Shown: positions 19,682 through 30,233 of the stretch, piece after piece | How the letters are laid out: every line of letters begins with the position of its first letter | Numbering within the stretch: position 1 is the first letter of the stretch | NCBI GenBank assembly: GCA_902570695.1 | Contig: CACFZE010000007.1 | Coordinates: forward strand, 11,912-75,911 | Origin: an uncultured Pelagibacteraceae bacterium | GTDB taxonomy: Bacteria > Pseudomonadota > Alphaproteobacteria > Pelagibacterales > Pelagibacteraceae | Direction: 5' to 3' | DNA length: 64,000 nt | Position numbers and translations under genes: made by a program | The notes under the pieces: model-generated | Told to the model about the DNA's origin: nothing | The model's database searches: none | The model's input: only the letters and a program-made list of their open reading frames with translations

Positions 19682-20830
19682 ATGTTTTGGGCAGAGTTGA
19701 TACTTATAGTTATAATAATCATTTTATTATATTTTTTATTTAAAAAAAATATTAAGCCAGAAAACACAGCACCAATTGTAAACAAGACTAATAAGGATGA
19801 TTTAGGAAAAAGAGTAATTATTGAAGAATTAGAAGATCAATTCTTTGCTTTAGATAAATATAATTTAATCAAATATCTAAACAAAAGTGCAAAACAACGT
19901 TTTGGAGAAAACCTAATTGATAAAAATATTTCAAGTGTAATTAGAGATACAAAATTATTAGAAACGATTGAAGAGGCTATCAAAGATCAAACTACAAAAA
20001 ATGTCAATGTAGAAATAAATTTACCATCTTATCAACTTTACAAAATCTATGTTATTCCTGGTCCGACCCATTTGTTTCCAGAAATAAACTCTGTCGTATT
20101 GTTTCTAAAAGATTTTACAGAAATAACAAAAGCACAAAAACTAAAAACTGATTTTGTTGCAAATGTGAGTCATGAATTAAGAACACCTTTAGTTTCGATT
20201 AAAGGTTCGTTAGAAACTATTCTTGGACCAGCTTCAAAAGACCAAGAGGCGCAAAAAAAATTTATGTCTATCATGTCTGATCAAGTATTAAGAATGGAAA
20301 ACCTAATCAATGATTTATTGATTTTAAGTAGAATAGAATTGGAAGAACATATCAAGCCTAATAAAATTGTGAGCTTAAATGATCTTTTTACAAATATTAA
20401 AAGTAACTTTGAATTAATTCTTAAAAAAAAGAAAATCAATTTACATATTGAACTTATGGAACCAACCTTAGTTTTTGGTGATAATGATAAATTGTTAACT
20501 GTATTTTCAAATTTAATTGATAATTCAATTAAATATTCACAAGATGGAAAAAATATATACGTAAAAAGTCAAATCAGTGAAGGTAAATTAATTGATAAAA
20601 ATATTGCCATTATCATTAAAGATGAAGGTGTTGGAATACCTCACCAGCTAATTCCAAGAATAACTGAAAGATTTTTTAGAGTAGATACAGAAAAAAGTAA
20701 AAAGGTTGGTGGTACAGGTTTAGGTTTAGCTATAATGAAACATATTATATCTCAACACAGAGGTGACTATGAGATTCTCAGTAAAGTTAATGAAGGTACT
20801 GAAATTAAGATATATCTTCCAACAAAATAA
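19682..20830 (+). CDS. phoR: Phosphate regulon sensor kinase PhoR
   Basis: N-terminal TM, PAS-like region, FVANVSHELRTPL, ERFFRVD, GGTGLGL. Confidence 0.9.
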   Translation: MFWAELILIVIIIILLYFLFKKNIKPENTAPIVNKTNKDDLGKRVIIEELEDQFFALDKYNLIKYLNKSAKQRFGENLIDKNISSVIRDTKLLETIEEAIKDQTTKNVNVEINLPSYQLYKIYVIPGPTHLFPEINSVVLFLKDFTEITKAQKLKTDFVANVSHELRTPLVSIKGSLETILGPASKDQEAQKKFMSIMSDQVLRMENLINDLLILSRIELEEHIKPNKIVSLNDLFTNIKSNFELILKKKKINLHIELMEPTLVFGDNDKLLTVFSNLIDNSIKYSQDGKNIYVKSQISEGKLIDKNIAIIIKDEGVGIPHQLIPRITERFFRVDTEKSKKVGGTGLGLAIMKHIISQHRGDYEILSKVNEGTEIKIYLPTK

Positions 20831-20924
20831 TTAATTTAAAAAATTGTTTAAAATTAACTCTTATTCAACCAAGATTTAACAAATCTTTTGTTGATTCGTA
20901 TCTTAGTTTATTTAAAATTAATTT

Positions 20925-21533
20925 ATGATTAAGATATTACATAGTATTTTAATTATTATTTTTTTTTTAATGTCGATCATTACTAAAAGTAATGCATCAG
21001 ATATTTCTACAATTTTAAGAAACCAGCAATTAACTGTTTTTGATATTGGTATCTTTAGATTACAGGAAGACTTAAAAAGTTCATATCCTGAAATAAAAAA
21101 ACATAAAGATGTACCGTATGAAGATATATATATAGATGTTCTCAGTTCCTATTGGAGAAATACAGTAGATTTAATTGTTTCAATTCCAGTAAATGAAAAT
21201 TTAAAAAAAGAGAACTACATGTCAGATTCATTGAGATGTCGAAACATATTTAATTCTGTTAGAGATCATTTACTGAGAAATGAAAATATGAGTAATTATA
21301 GGTTTACTATGGCGACAAGCTATTTAACATCTATTTTTTCTACTCCTACTAGTTGGCCAAAATGGCGTTATGACCAAAGTATTCTTGAGGAATTAGTTAA
21401 TTTGGTAAAACTGGAAGTTGTCTTAAGACCAACCCCAGATCTTGCTTTTAAGGATAACGTAAATCCAGTTTCATGCAAAGGTGGTCTAGAAACTGAAAAT
21501 AGTGAGATTATTGTCTCAATGAAATACAACTAA
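20925..21533 (+). CDS. Hypothetical exported protein
   Basis: Signal-peptide-like N-terminus ending SNA-S; 202 aa; two Cys; no motif recognised. Confidence 0.7.
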   Translation: MIKILHSILIIIFFLMSIITKSNASDISTILRNQQLTVFDIGIFRLQEDLKSSYPEIKKHKDVPYEDIYIDVLSSYWRNTVDLIVSIPVNENLKKENYMSDSLRCRNIFNSVRDHLLRNENMSNYRFTMATSYLTSIFSTPTSWPKWRYDQSILEELVNLVKLEVVLRPTPDLAFKDNVNPVSCKGGLETENSEIIVSMKYN

Positions 21534-21543
21534 AAAGTTAGGT

Positions 21544-21572
21544 TTTTAACAAAACTGTAATAATTCTGTAAT
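21544..21572 (+). promoter_or_regulatory. Pho box of pstS
   Basis: TTTTAAC-AAAA-CTGTAAT-AATT-CTGTAAT. Confidence 0.85.
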
Positions 21573-21642
21573 ATTAAAGATTCAATAAATTTATACGAGT
21601 CAGGCATCTTTTAATTAATAAATAACGAAAGGATTAAAGATA

Positions 21643-22674
21643 ATGAAAAAACTAACTATAGTGATTGCTTCTTTAGTTGCTCTATCAATAGCAACTGTTG
21701 CTCAAGCAAGAGATCAAATTAAGATAGTTGGTTCGTCTACAGTATTCCCTTACGCGACTGTTGTTGCTGAAAGATTTGGTGGTTCAGGATTCAAAACTCC
21801 TGTAATCGAGTCGACTGGTACTGGTGGAGGAGCTAAACTATTCTGTGCTGGTGTTGGTGAGCAACATCCAGATATTACAAATGCATCAAGAGCTATGAAA
21901 GACAAAGAGAAAGCCCTATGTAAGAAAAATGGTGTAAATGATATTGTTGAGATCGTAATTGGTAACGATGGTATTACATTAGCTTACAGCAAAGATGCAA
22001 AACCAGTAAACTTTACTAAAGAACAATTATATTTAGCATTAGCTGCTCATACAGTAGTTGATGGTAAGTTAGTTCCAAATATTTATAAAACTTGGGACCA
22101 AATTGACCCTAGCTTACCAAAACAAAAAATTTCAGTAATGATCCCACCAGGAACATCAGGAACTAGAGATGCTTGGAATTCTTTAGTAATGAAAAAAGGT
22201 ATGACTAAAGAAGCTAAAGCTCTTTATAAAGCAGGTTTTGAAGCTGGAAATAAAAAATACAAAAAACCACAAAAACTTTACAGAGAAGATGGAGCTGCTA
22301 TTGAAGTAGGAGAAAACGATAGTTTAATCATCCAAAAGTTAACTCAAGATAAAGATATGTTTGGTTTCTTTGGTTTCAGCTATTTCTTAGCTGCTAAAGA
22401 TAAATTACAAGCTGCTAGCATAGATGGTGGACAACCCTCTCTAGCGAGTATTCAAGACTACAGTTATGCAGTTGCAAGACCATTATTTTTCTATGTGAAA
22501 AAAGCTCACGTTGGAGTAATCCCAGGATTACATGAGTTTGTGAAAGAATTCACAACTAAGAAAGCTATTGGAAAAGGTGGTTACTTAGCAGATATTGGTT
22601 TAGTTCCATTAGACTCTAAGTTGTATAAAACAACTAGAACTAATGCTACGAAGCTAGTTGCTATGGGTAATTAA
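21643..22674 (+). CDS. pstS: Phosphate ABC transporter substrate-binding protein
   Basis: IVGSSTVFPY, ESTGTGGG, SGTRD, ARPLFFYVK. Confidence 0.93.
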   Translation: MKKLTIVIASLVALSIATVAQARDQIKIVGSSTVFPYATVVAERFGGSGFKTPVIESTGTGGGAKLFCAGVGEQHPDITNASRAMKDKEKALCKKNGVNDIVEIVIGNDGITLAYSKDAKPVNFTKEQLYLALAAHTVVDGKLVPNIYKTWDQIDPSLPKQKISVMIPPGTSGTRDAWNSLVMKKGMTKEAKALYKAGFEAGNKKYKKPQKLYREDGAAIEVGENDSLIIQKLTQDKDMFGFFGFSYFLAAKDKLQAASIDGGQPSLASIQDYSYAVARPLFFYVKKAHVGVIPGLHEFVKEFTTKKAIGKGGYLADIGLVPLDSKLYKTTRTNATKLVAMGN

Positions 22675-22698
22675 TTATTACTCTGTTAACAAATAATT

Positions 22699-22730
22699 AA
22701 AAAAGGGGTCTTTTTAGACCCCTTTTTTTT
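22699..22730 (+). terminator. Hairpin between pstS and pstC
   Basis: A6-GGGGTC-TTTTTA-GACCCC-T8. Confidence 0.8.
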
Positions 22731-22765
22731 GAAATAAGAGTAAAGTCCTCAACAAAGGAGATTCT

Positions 22766-24151
22766 TTGAACTTAATATTGTTTATATTTATTGTTCTTCT
22801 GGGTTTCACAAGTTATTATTTTGGACGTAGAAAAGCATATACAATTCAATCTACAAATAAAAGATTAACTGCATTACCACAATTTTATGGTTATTATCTT
22901 GCAATTTGGTGTGCAATACCAGCTTTTATAATTTTTTCTTTATGGGCAATTTTTGAGCCCACAATTGTAAAACTATTAATCTTAAGTGATTATTCAAATC
23001 AAGGTTATCTTGATGATGAATTAAATTTAATTTACGAAAAAACAAAAGCATTGTCTCGAGGACAATTTACCGGAGAAATTACACCTTTTATTGAGGCTTC
23101 AGCTGAAAAATATTTAAGTCTTCGATCAATAGCTCAAAGTTCAAAAGCTGTTATAGTATTATCTATAATTATTGCCTCTGTTGCTTACGCTTATAAAAAA
23201 ATTTCATCTAATTCTAGAACAAGAGAACCAGTTGAAAAATTTTTGAAAGCAGTTTTATTTACAGCTTCTTTAGCTGCAATATTAACTACTGTTGGAATAG
23301 TATTTTCACTTATATTTCAAACTATAGATTTTTTTAAAGTAATTCCATTATTTGATTTTGTCTTTGGAACTCATTGGTATCCTGCAAAAGCTTTTGTTAG
23401 AGATTCTTCAGAGGCTTTAGATCCGACAATGTACTCCGATACTTTTGGAGCAGTCCCTATTTTTGCTGGTACTTTTTTTATTGCTTTCATAGCTATGTGT
23501 GTTGCTATTCCTATTGGACTAATGAGTGGAATTTATTTGGCTGAGTATGCATCTGTTAAAGTTAGACAATACGCAAAACCTTTAATTGAAATTTTAGCTG
23601 GTATACCAACAGTTGTTTATGGATTTTTTGCTGCTCTAACAGTTGGACCTTTTTTAAAGGAAATAGGTAATAGCATGGGTTTAGACGTTTCAGCTGAAAG
23701 CGCTTTAGCGGCAGGCGGAGTAATGGGCATTATGATTATACCATTCATTTCAAGTTTAAGTGACGATGTGATTACAAGTGTACCTCAAAGTTTAAGAGAT
23801 GGAAGTTATGCCATGGGAGCAACCAAATCAGAAACAATAAAAAAAGTTATTTTTCCTGCAGCATTGCCTGGTATAGTTGGATCTATTTTGCTTGGTGTTT
23901 CAAGAGCAATTGGAGAAACAATGATAGTTGTTATGGCCTCTGGTTTAGCTGCTAATTTAACTTTAAATCCATTAGAATCTACTTCAACAATTACAGCGCA
24001 AATTGTTGTAATATTAATTGGAGATCAAGCTTTTGGCGACCCAAAAACGCAAGCTGCATTTGCTTTAGGTATGTCATTATTTTTAGTAACGCTCTGTTTG
24101 AATATCGTGGCCTTAAGAGTAGTTAAAAAATATAGAGAAAAATATGAATAA
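22766..24151 (+). CDS. pstC: Phosphate ABC transporter permease PstC
   Basis: TTG start after AAGGAG; EILAGIPTVVYG, SRAIGETMIV. Confidence 0.93.
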   Translation: MNLILFIFIVLLGFTSYYFGRRKAYTIQSTNKRLTALPQFYGYYLAIWCAIPAFIIFSLWAIFEPTIVKLLILSDYSNQGYLDDELNLIYEKTKALSRGQFTGEITPFIEASAEKYLSLRSIAQSSKAVIVLSIIIASVAYAYKKISSNSRTREPVEKFLKAVLFTASLAAILTTVGIVFSLIFQTIDFFKVIPLFDFVFGTHWYPAKAFVRDSSEALDPTMYSDTFGAVPIFAGTFFIAFIAMCVAIPIGLMSGIYLAEYASVKVRQYAKPLIEILAGIPTVVYGFFAALTVGPFLKEIGNSMGLDVSAESALAAGGVMGIMIIPFISSLSDDVITSVPQSLRDGSYAMGATKSETIKKVIFPAALPGIVGSILLGVSRAIGETMIVVMASGLAANLTLNPLESTSTITAQIVVILIGDQAFGDPKTQAAFALGMSLFLVTLCLNIVALRVVKKYREKYE

Positions 24152-25412
24152 AAATAAAGAACAATTATTAAATAAAAGATATAAAGCTGAAAAGAGATTT
24201 CGATTATACGGTCAAAGTGCAATTTTTATGGCACTTTTATTTTTAACAATCTTTATTTTTAAAATTTTTTCGACAGGCTATTCAGCCTTTCAAAAAACTT
24301 GGCTTATTGTTCCAGTTACTTTTGATGCTGAATTAATGATGTTAGAGCAAAATCCTTCTAAAGAGGATTTAAAAGATGCTGATTATTACGATATAGCATT
24401 AAAATCAATGGCTGATTTGGATCCAAATGCTAATGAGGATCAAGAAAATGAGCTGAAGAGAATGGTCTCTTACTTTTTCGAAAGAGAGATTAAAAGGGAA
24501 CTTTTAAACGACCCTTCATTAATTGGAAAAACTAAAGATGTTTATTTAACTGCCTCAGATGATTTAGATCAAGTATTTAAAGGCAATTATCCAAGAGATT
24601 TACCTGAAGATCAAAGAAGAGTTACGGATTATCAATTAAAGATTTTTGATCAACTTGTAGAACTAGGAAAAGTTGAAAGTAAATTCAATTTAAGTTTTTT
24701 TACATATCCTGATTCAAGAGAAGCTGAATTAGCTGGTATAGCAAGTTCATTTATGGGATCAATATTTTCTATACTTGTTTGTTTAATGATAGCTTTTCCT
24801 GTAGCAGTTCTAGCAGCTATTTATTTAGAGGAATTTGCTCCTAAAAACAGATTTACTGATTTTATTGAGGTAAATATAAATAATTTAGCAGCAGTACCTT
24901 CAATTGTTTTTGGTCTTTTAGGACTGGGTATTTTACTTGCTGTATTTCAATTACCTAGGTCAACACCTCTAGTCGGTGGAATAACTTTATCGTTGATGAC
25001 ATTACCAACAATTATTATTGCTTGTAGAGCATCTTTAAAAGCAGTTCCTCCAAGTATAAGAGAGGCAGCACTTGCAATGGGTGCTAGTAAAATGCAAACT
25101 ACAATGCATCATACAGTTCCGTTATCTATGCCAGGGACTTTATCCGGTACAATAATTGGTTTGGCCCAAGCTTTAGGCGAAACCGCACCTTTGATATTGA
25201 TTGGCATGGTGGCTTTTGTAAATACAATACCAGGATCTCCTTTAGATCCAGCTGCAAGTTTGCCAGTGCAAATTTATATTTGGGCAGAGAGCGCTGAAAG
25301 AGGTTTTGTCGAGAAAGTTTCTGCCTGTATTATGGTTCTATTAGGATTTTTAATTATAATGAACTTATTTGCACAAATAATTAGACATAAATTTGAAAAA
25401 AAATGGAGTTAA
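24144..25412 (+). CDS. pstA: Phosphate ABC transporter permease PstA
   Basis: [20 protein letters not shown]. Confidence 0.93.
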   Translation: MNKNKEQLLNKRYKAEKRFRLYGQSAIFMALLFLTIFIFKIFSTGYSAFQKTWLIVPVTFDAELMMLEQNPSKEDLKDADYYDIALKSMADLDPNANEDQENELKRMVSYFFEREIKRELLNDPSLIGKTKDVYLTASDDLDQVFKGNYPRDLPEDQRRVTDYQLKIFDQLVELGKVESKFNLSFFTYPDSREAELAGIASSFMGSIFSILVCLMIAFPVAVLAAIYLEEFAPKNRFTDFIEVNINNLAAVPSIVFGLLGLGILLAVFQLPRSTPLVGGITLSLMTLPTIIIACRASLKAVPPSIREAALAMGASKMQTTMHHTVPLSMPGTLSGTIIGLAQALGETAPLILIGMVAFVNTIPGSPLDPAASLPVQIYIWAESAERGFVEKVSACIMVLLGFLIIMNLFAQIIRHKFEKKWS

Positions 25413-25413
25413 G

Positions 25414-26169
25414 ATGATAAAGATAAATTCAAAAAATGTAGATGTTTTCTATGGAAAAAAACAAGCTCTATTCAATATAAATTTAGATATTGAAGAAAAT
25501 CAAGTTACAGCACTGATTGGGCCTTCAGGTTGTGGTAAATCTACTTTTTTAAGATGTCTAAACCGAATGAATGACGTTATTGATATATGTAGGGTAAAAG
25601 GGCAGATTATAATTAATGATTTTGATATCAATGATAAAAGTTGTGATGTTGTTAGATTAAGAGAAAAAATTGGTATGGTTTTTCAAAAACCAAATCCTTT
25701 TCCTAAAACTATTTATGAAAATATTTCTTATGGTCCAACAATTCATGGTATGGCTCAATCAAAGAATGAAATGGATGAAATAGTTGAAACTAGCTTAAAA
25801 AAGGCAGCATTATGGGAAGAGGTGAAAGATAGACTTCATGAACCAGGTACTGGTTTGTCTGGTGGTCAACAACAAAGATTATGTATAGCAAGGGCAATTT
25901 CAGTTAAACCTGAAGTTATTCTAATGGACGAGCCTTGTTCTGCTTTAGATCCTATTGCTACAGCTCAAATAGAAGAACTAATTGATGAGTTAAAAAAAGA
26001 CCATACTATTATAATAGTCACTCACTCAATGGCACAAGCTGCAAGAGTTTCTCAAAATACAGGTTTTTTTCACCTTGGAGAATTGATAGAACATGGTTCT
26101 ACTGATAAAATATTTAAGAATCCAGAAAACAAAAAAACTCAGGATTATATCACAGGGAGGTTTGGATAA
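25414..26169 (+). CDS. pstB: Phosphate ABC transporter ATPase PstB
   Basis: [25 protein letters not shown]; GGAG RBS supports ATG 25414. Confidence 0.95.
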   Translation: MIKINSKNVDVFYGKKQALFNINLDIEENQVTALIGPSGCGKSTFLRCLNRMNDVIDICRVKGQIIINDFDINDKSCDVVRLREKIGMVFQKPNPFPKTIYENISYGPTIHGMAQSKNEMDEIVETSLKKAALWEEVKDRLHEPGTGLSGGQQQRLCIARAISVKPEVILMDEPCSALDPIATAQIEELIDELKKDHTIIIVTHSMAQAARVSQNTGFFHLGELIEHGSTDKIFKNPENKKTQDYITGRFG

Positions 26170-26876
26170 TGACCGAAGCACCACATACAGTAAAGTCTTA
26201 CGAAGAAGAACTTAAAAATTTAAATAGCAATATAATTAAAATGGGTGGATTTTGTGAAGAAGCTTTGGGTAAAGCTATTCAAGCAATTACTACAAGAAAT
26301 AGTGATAATGCTGAGGCAGTAATTAAAGATGATGAAAAAATTGATAAATTTGAGACTTTAATTGAACAGCAAGTAGTAAATTTAATTGCTTTAAGACAAC
26401 CTATGGCCATAGATCTTAGAGAAACAGTCACTGCTTTAAAGATATCTTCTGACCTTGAGAGAATAGGTGATTTAGCAAAAAATATTTCTAAAAGAACTCT
26501 TTTGTTAAATGAAAATTTACCAAAAAATTTAGTAGATGCTATTATAAGAGTATCTTCGGATACTCAAAAACAATTGAAATCAATATTAGATGCATATTTA
26601 GAAAGATCTTCGAGTATGGCAATTAATGTATGGGAAAGCGACGAACAAATTGATGATTTAACAAATTTATGCATGCAAGAAGTGATTAGATATTTAAAAG
26701 ATAACGAAAATAACTTAAGTGATGGAACCCACTTATTATTTGTAACTAAAAATATAGAGAGAATAGGTGATCATACAACCAACATTGCTGAGCAAGTATA
26801 TTATTTAGTTAAGGGAGAATATCTAGAGGGTGATCGACCAAAAGGCACAGAACCTATTGTTACTGGAGAAAAGTAA
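26169..26876 (+). CDS. phoU: Phosphate signalling protein PhoU
   Basis: RQPMAIDLR, DLERIGD, IERIGDH. Confidence 0.95.
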   Translation: MTEAPHTVKSYEEELKNLNSNIIKMGGFCEEALGKAIQAITTRNSDNAEAVIKDDEKIDKFETLIEQQVVNLIALRQPMAIDLRETVTALKISSDLERIGDLAKNISKRTLLLNENLPKNLVDAIIRVSSDTQKQLKSILDAYLERSSSMAINVWESDEQIDDLTNLCMQEVIRYLKDNENNLSDGTHLLFVTKNIERIGDHTTNIAEQVYYLVKGEYLEGDRPKGTEPIVTGEK

Positions 26877-26879
26877 AAT

Positions 26880-27563
26880 ATGTCGGCTCACATTTTTATA
26901 GCTGAAGACGAGGCTGCTATAATAACTCTACTAAAGTATAACCTTGAAAAAGAAGGTTACAAAGTAAGTTTCTGTGAAAATGGTGAAGATGCGCTTAAAC
27001 AAATTAAAGATAAGCTTCCTGACTTAATATTAATGGATTGGATGTTGCCCGATTTGTCAGGCGTTGAAATATGTAAAAATTTAAAAAAAGACAAAAAGCA
27101 TAATGACATACCAGTAATAATGTTAACAGCAAAAGGCGAGGAGGAGGACAAATTAAGAGCTTTTGATACAGGTGCAGATGATTATGTAACAAAACCATTT
27201 AGTCAAAAAGAACTTAATGCAAGAATTAAATCTTTACTCAGAAGATCAAAACCACAATCCACCGTTGATGTTGTTGAGTTTACAGATCTAAAAATAGATA
27301 GAATAACAAAAAGAGTTTATAGAAATAACATTGAAATATCTCTAGGACCTACAGAATTTAAATTATTAGATTTTTTTATCAAAAATCCAAAAAGGGTATA
27401 TTCAAGAGAACAACTCTTAAACAATGTTTGGGGAGAAAATATTTACGTTGAAACTAGAACTGTCGATGTGCATATCAGAAGATTAAGACAGGCTATTAAT
27501 ATAGATAATACTAAGCCTTTAATTAGAACTGTAAGATCAGCAGGTTATTCTTTAGAATCTTGA
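26880..27563 (+). CDS. phoB: Phosphate regulon response regulator PhoB
   Basis: DWMLP, GADDYVTKPF, VETRTVDVHIRRLR. Confidence 0.95.
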   Translation: MSAHIFIAEDEAAIITLLKYNLEKEGYKVSFCENGEDALKQIKDKLPDLILMDWMLPDLSGVEICKNLKKDKKHNDIPVIMLTAKGEEEDKLRAFDTGADDYVTKPFSQKELNARIKSLLRRSKPQSTVDVVEFTDLKIDRITKRVYRNNIEISLGPTEFKLLDFFIKNPKRVYSREQLLNNVWGENIYVETRTVDVHIRRLRQAINIDNTKPLIRTVRSAGYSLES

Positions 27564-28069
27564 AGGTCTTTAGGTCTAGTAAATTCTTTAATTAAACCAT
27601 TTCCATCTAATTTATTCCATTCATTAAAATCAAAATAAATTTTTGCAAATGCCGATGTCGGAAATTTGTAGTTTAATAATTTAAAATTGTTGTTGTTGTG
27701 ATTTTTTGTCAGTGATCGTATTAGATTTCTAACAGTAGGTTCATGGTTAATTAAAAGCACTGATTTATATTTTTTTGGTATTTTTTTTATTATATCTATA
27801 ATTTTATCTTCACTTGATAAGTATAATTTTTTTGAAGAAATAATTTTTTTTGGTTTATCTATTTTTTTTAATAAAATTTTTAGAGTTTTCTTTGTTCTTT
27901 TTGATGATGAAAGTAATATGTAATCAAACTTATAATTGTTTTTAACAAAAAATTCACAAATCTTTTTTGCATTTTTCTCGCCACGCTTACTTAATGGTCT
28001 TTCATGATCACCAAGATTTGGGTGGTCCCAGCTAGATTTTGCATGACGCATAACGTATAATTTAAGCAT
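27545..28069 (-). CDS. sixA: Phosphohistidine phosphatase SixA family
   Basis: MRHAKSSW, DHERPLSKRG, INHEP; true start taken at ATG 28069. Confidence 0.85.
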   Translation of the reverse strand: MLKLYVMRHAKSSWDHPNLGDHERPLSKRGEKNAKKICEFFVKNNYKFDYILLSSSKRTKKTLKILLKKIDKPKKIISSKKLYLSSEDKIIDIIKKIPKKYKSVLLINHEPTVRNLIRSLTKNHNNNNFKLLNYKFPTSAFAKIYFDFNEWNKLDGNGLIKEFTRPKDLQDSKE

Positions 28070-28082
28070 AAATTTTAAATAT

Positions 28083-30233
28083 ATGACTGCATTAAAAAAA
28101 CAAGATAAAGAAACACTAAAATCTAAATACATAAATAGAGAGCTGTCTTGGCTAAAATTCAACGACAGAGTTCTTCTTGAGGCCCAAAATTTTGAAAATC
28201 CTCTTTATGAAAGAATTAAATTTTTATCTATAGCTGGATCAAATTTAGATGAATTTTTCATGGTTCGTGTTGCAGGTTTATATAGTCAAATCAAACAAGA
28301 TGTAGATTCACTTAGTTCTGATGGTCTTACTCCTGATGAACAAATGAGTGAAGTTATTTTGGAAACAAATAATCTTCTTAATAAACAAAATAAAATATTT
28401 AGAGATTTAATTCTTCAATTAAAAAAAGCAAATATAAGTATAGTTAAACCTGAAAATTTAAGTAAAACTGAACAAAAAAGATTATTTAAAATTTTTAATG
28501 AAGAAATTTACCCTCTGCTAACCCCATCAGCAATAGACCCAGCTCATCCCTTTCCATTTATTGCAAATCAAGGAAGAGCATTAGTTATGAGATTAAATAA
28601 GAAAAATAAAAAAAGGACTTTAAATGCAATAATAGTAATTCCAAAAGCTTTATCAAGATTTATTGAAATAGATGGAAATAAAAGTTTTAAAAAATTTTTA
28701 ATTATAGATGATGTTATAAGTTTTTTTGCCTCTGAAATATTTCCTGATCATGATTTAGATAAAAAAATGTTATTTAGAGTTATAAGAGATAGTGATGTAG
28801 AAATTCAAGAGGAGGCCGAAGATTTAGTAAGATCTTTTGAATTGGCTTTAAAAAGAAGAAGGACAGGTGACATAGTACGTTTAGAAATTTTAAAAAATAG
28901 TAATAATGACCTAATTAAGTTTATAACCAATAAGTTAAACGTAAAATCTGAATACATCTATGAAATTGAAGGCATTGTTGGAATTCAAGATATAGACCAA
29001 GTTTGTAAAATTAAAAATTCTAAATTAAGATTTAAAAATTTTAATCCCAGGGAGGTTGAGAGATTAAAGGAGTTTAATAATAATTTTTTTGATACTATAA
29101 AAAAAAAAGATTTAATAGTTCATCACCCTTTTGAAACATTTGATGCTGTCGTTGAGTTTTTAAATCAAGCTGCATATGATAAAAAAGTTATAGCAATTAA
29201 ACAAACTCTATACAGAACAACGCTAGATTCTCCAATTGTTAAAGCCTTAATAACAGCAGCTGAAAATGGAAAGACAGTAACCGCTTTAATAGAGATCAAA
29301 GCAAGATTTGATGAAGAAGCAAACATTCAACTTTCAAGAAGTTTAGAAAAGGCAGGAATTCAAATAGTTTATGGTTTTGCAAAATATAAAACACATGCAA
29401 AATCATCTTTAATATTAAGAAAAGAGCAGGGAAAAATTCAAACTTATATACATCTGGGAACTGGCAATTATCACCCAGTTAATGCAAAAATTTATACTGA
29501 CTTATCTTTATTTAGTTCTGATAAAAAATTAGCAACTGATGTGGAAAAATTTTTTAATTATGTAACTGGTTATTCAAAACCACGAAATCTTAGTAAAATA
29601 TCTATATCACCAATTAATCTTAGGGAAACCTTGAACAAATGTATTGCTAACGAGATAACAAATGTCAAAAAAGGTAAAAAAGGTGAAATATGGGCCAAAA
29701 TGAATTCCTTAGTAGATCCAGCGATAATTGATAAATTTTACGAAGCTTCAAATGCTGGAGTAAAGATATTTTTATTTGTAAGAGGTGTTTGTTGTTTAAG
29801 ACCTGGAGTTAAAGATAAATCTGAAAATATAATAGTTAAAAGCATGATTGGAAGATTTTTGGAACACTCAAGAATTTATTGTTTTGCAAATGGAAAAGCA
29901 ATGCCTAGTAGAGATGCAAAAGTTTTTATTTCATCAGCAGATTTAATGCCAAGAAATTTAAATCGAAGAGTAGAACTTCTAGTTCCAATTGAAAACCAAA
30001 CAGTCCACGAACAAGTTCTTGATCAAATTATGTTAGCTAATTATTTAGATAAAAAACAAAGTTGGGAACTTGATGCTAATGGAAATTATAAAAAAATTAA
30101 ATATAGTGAAAATGATTCTTTTTCAGCCCATGATTATTTTATGAATAATCCTAGTTTATCTGGAAGAGGTAAAGCTAAATTAAAAATGAAACCAAAAAAA
30201 TTAAATTTAAGATTAATTAAAAGTGGAAATTAA
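28083..30233 (+). CDS. ppk1: Polyphosphate kinase 1
   Basis: NRELSWL, HHPF, KARFDEE, GTGNY, GRFLEHSR. Confidence 0.96.
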   Translation: MTALKKQDKETLKSKYINRELSWLKFNDRVLLEAQNFENPLYERIKFLSIAGSNLDEFFMVRVAGLYSQIKQDVDSLSSDGLTPDEQMSEVILETNNLLNKQNKIFRDLILQLKKANISIVKPENLSKTEQKRLFKIFNEEIYPLLTPSAIDPAHPFPFIANQGRALVMRLNKKNKKRTLNAIIVIPKALSRFIEIDGNKSFKKFLIIDDVISFFASEIFPDHDLDKKMLFRVIRDSDVEIQEEAEDLVRSFELALKRRRTGDIVRLEILKNSNNDLIKFITNKLNVKSEYIYEIEGIVGIQDIDQVCKIKNSKLRFKNFNPREVERLKEFNNNFFDTIKKKDLIVHHPFETFDAVVEFLNQAAYDKKVIAIKQTLYRTTLDSPIVKALITAAENGKTVTALIEIKARFDEEANIQLSRSLEKAGIQIVYGFAKYKTHAKSSLILRKEQGKIQTYIHLGTGNYHPVNAKIYTDLSLFSSDKKLATDVEKFFNYVTGYSKPRNLSKISISPINLRETLNKCIANEITNVKKGKKGEIWAKMNSLVDPAIIDKFYEASNAGVKIFLFVRGVCCLRPGVKDKSENIIVKSMIGRFLEHSRIYCFANGKAMPSRDAKVFISSADLMPRNLNRRVELLVPIENQTVHEQVLDQIMLANYLDKKQSWELDANGNYKKIKYSENDSFSAHDYFMNNPSLSGRGKAKLKMKPKKLNLRLIKSGN

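Noticed and set aside
27918-27946. ATGTAAT/CTTATAA/TTTTAAC triplet inside sixA as a Pho box for ppk1
   Set aside because: Middle unit is poor, it lies in coding DNA 137 bp from the ATG, and is plausible by chance
28070-28162. Track N-terminal extensions of sixA (and likewise Nudix to 32544, xth to 39639, erpA to 40013, pstB from 25393, redoxin to 34626)
   Set aside because: They overlap neighbouring genes; family N-termini and start/stop coupling support the shorter starts
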